Part shown: piece by piece, positions 15,275-16,465 of the stretch
Position numbering within the stretch: the first letter of the stretch is position 1
Layout of the letters: each line of letters begins with the position of its first letter
Program-made: the position numbers and the translations under genes
Virus record (IMG/VR): IMGVR_UViG_3300006183_000003
Reading direction: 5' to 3' (one strand)
From: a virus
Length of the DNA stretch: 16,465 nt
Notes under the pieces: generated by a model
What the model saw: only the letters and a program-made list of their open reading frames with translations
What the model was told of the DNA's origin: nothing
The model's database searches: none

Positions 15275-15496
15275 ATGACCATGAGCCGTCGAGGATTCAT
15301 CGGCCTTGGCTCCGCCCTGGGAGCTCTAGTCGTGGTCGCCATCGTTCTGCTGGTGATTGTGCTTGTCCGGATGGATCGTGATCGCCGCCAAGCAGAGCAC
15401 GAACGGCGTGTGGCGATCTGCAAGGAAGGTCTAGCTGATCCGTTCGGGCGAGACCTCGACGCCCTCCTCGCTTGCATTGAGCGCCTCGAGGGCTAG
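15275..15496 (+). CDS. Small membrane-anchored protein (73 aa) with Tat-like SRRGFIGLG N-terminus, moron candidate
   Basis: ATG 15275 is in frame with the tail of track ORF 14783..15496, with GGGAG 11 nt upstream. Translation is MTMSRRGFIGLGSALGALVVVAIVLLVIVLVRMDRDRRQAEHERRVAICKEGLADPFGRDLDALLACIERLEG. It converges on int with a CTAG overlap. Confidence 0.5.
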   Translation: MTMSRRGFIGLGSALGALVVVAIVLLVIVLVRMDRDRRQAEHERRVAICKEGLADPFGRDLDALLACIERLEG

Positions 15497-16371
15497 GCCG
15501 CCGCGGCGGCAGCTCGTCGCAGGTCGTCGTCGTCGATCGCGGTGTAGATCTGCGTCGTAGCGACGCTCGCGTGTCCGAGTAGCTCTTGCACGGCCCGGAG
15601 ATCGTGCGACCCGCGGTAGGCGCGCGTTGCGAATCGGTGGCGAAGCTTGTGTGCGGTCTCGCCAACCGGGAGAACCGCGGAGATGAGTTTGGACACGTAT
15701 CCCGCCGAGAGGTGGCCGTCGATCTGCCCACTGAAGATGAATCCGGGCCCGGCCCGCAGCACCTCATTGGCCAGCTCGTCAGTGATGGGGACATAGCGGC
15801 TCCTTCCACCCTTGCCGAGCACGCGCAGCAACCACCCGCCGGCGGTCGAGACGACGTCGTGTGTAGAGACCTGGCACACCTCGCAGCAGCGGAGCCCCAC
15901 GTATGCGGCGAGCTGGACCATGAGCCGGACCCGCTCGTCTGCGCGCGCGAGGGCTTCCTCGAGCGCCGCATCGGAAGCAGGTCGCGGCTTGCCGGGGGAA
16001 AACGATACGCCGGGGAAGTGCTCGGCGAGGTTCCGCTCGGTGAGGCCTGCTTCGGCAGCCCATCGGTAGAACGCAGCGATAGAGGATCGGGCGGCGCGGC
16101 GGGTGTTCTGTCGCCAGTGGGAGTTGTGCTCGAGGTGGGCGAGCATGTCATCCCGGGTGACGTCGTAGGGCGGTAGGGCAGTCGCACGCGCAAAACGCCG
16201 CAGGTGGTAGTCGCGCAACTTGATGGACGAGACGGGCCGACCGGTGGCGACCTGGTAGCCGCGAAATCGATCGAGCTCGGGCTGCCACGTCGCAGGCGCG
16301 AGGATCTCGGTTCTCATACCCGAGTCTCGCGCTAGGGAATCTTGTGCGCGCGGCCCCCATTCGGGGGTCAC
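15493..16371 (-). CDS. int: Tyrosine recombinase / phage integrase
   Basis: 292 aa. Catalytic landmarks are Arg in AAYVGLRCCE, HKLRHRFAT (H-x-x-R) and LLGHASVATTQIYT (His and the Tyr nucleophile). The gene is adjacent to the right att repeat. Its GTG start is at 16371 (alternative ATG at 16317). The C-terminus is RRAAAAAA. Confidence 0.9.
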   Translation of the reverse strand: MTPEWGPRAQDSLARDSGMRTEILAPATWQPELDRFRGYQVATGRPVSSIKLRDYHLRRFARATALPPYDVTRDDMLAHLEHNSHWRQNTRRAARSSIAAFYRWAAEAGLTERNLAEHFPGVSFSPGKPRPASDAALEEALARADERVRLMVQLAAYVGLRCCEVCQVSTHDVVSTAGGWLLRVLGKGGRSRYVPITDELANEVLRAGPGFIFSGQIDGHLSAGYVSKLISAVLPVGETAHKLRHRFATRAYRGSHDLRAVQELLGHASVATTQIYTAIDDDDLRRAAAAAA

Positions 16372-16429
16372 GCGGCGAGCCTAGTCGCGGATACCCTCGG
16401 CCCACGGAGCGCGATCACCGGCTGGGAAA

Positions 16430-16465
16430 CAGTGGGTTCCGGGTTCAAGTCCCGGGGGGTGTACT
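16430..16465 (+). repeat. attR core: 36-bp direct repeat identical to 1..36
   Basis: It matches 1-36 base for base. The preceding 40 nt do not fold into the 5' part of a tRNA, so this is the copy not joined to the tRNA body. Confidence 0.85.

Noticed and set aside
13891-15496. Long track ORFs 13891..14856 and 14783..15496 (321 and 237 aa)
   Set aside because: Their N-terminal two-thirds are Arg/His/Pro-rich off-frame readings of the endolysin and holin genes. Only the in-frame tails (14545..14856 and 15275..15496) look like real proteins.
16391-16463. Possible complete tRNA at the right end (ATACCCT could pair with GGGGTGT as an acceptor stem)
   Set aside because: With standard numbering, the D-stem (GCCC) has no partner. 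The anticodon stem (ACCGG/ACAGT) has two mismatches in five pairs. The acceptor pairing needs two G-U pairs and looks fortuitous. The intact tRNA body is therefore inferred to lie upstream of position 1.

Overview
The window is a complete, very small (16.4 kb) integrated temperate tailed-phage genome. It is GC-rich in an actinobacterial style and is cut exactly at its two identical 36-bp att direct repeats (1-36 and 16430-16465). These repeats carry the T-arm and acceptor 3' end of a tRNA gene. Gene order, left to right: an XRE repressor (-) with a divergent operator region; a Xis/Cro-like HTH heading a chain of nine early genes joined by 4-nt start/stop overlaps (three are micro-ORFs absent from the ORF track), ending in an unusual Ala/Glu/Trp/Arg repeat protein; a small HTH protein; a winged-helix initiator-like protein with internal iterons; an HNH endonuclease; the large terminase; the portal; a prohead-protease::HK97-capsid fusion; neck proteins; a tail tube; a short tape measure; minor tail proteins; an M15 endolysin; holin-like proteins; two small membrane-protein morons; and a tyrosine integrase (-). 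The most interesting point is that the att core lies inside the repressor ORF. Rejoining the ends in silico extends the repressor by 20 codons ending ...RLAA, and its TGA overlaps the integrase GTG. Int itself ends in AAAAAA. These are the hallmarks of integration-dependent immunity, which is known from some mycobacteriophages, here on a minimal phage chassis. In addition, a 21/22-identical copy of the operator palindrome sits at the terminase/portal junction. All functional calls rest on motif recognition by eye and on synteny. No database search was possible.
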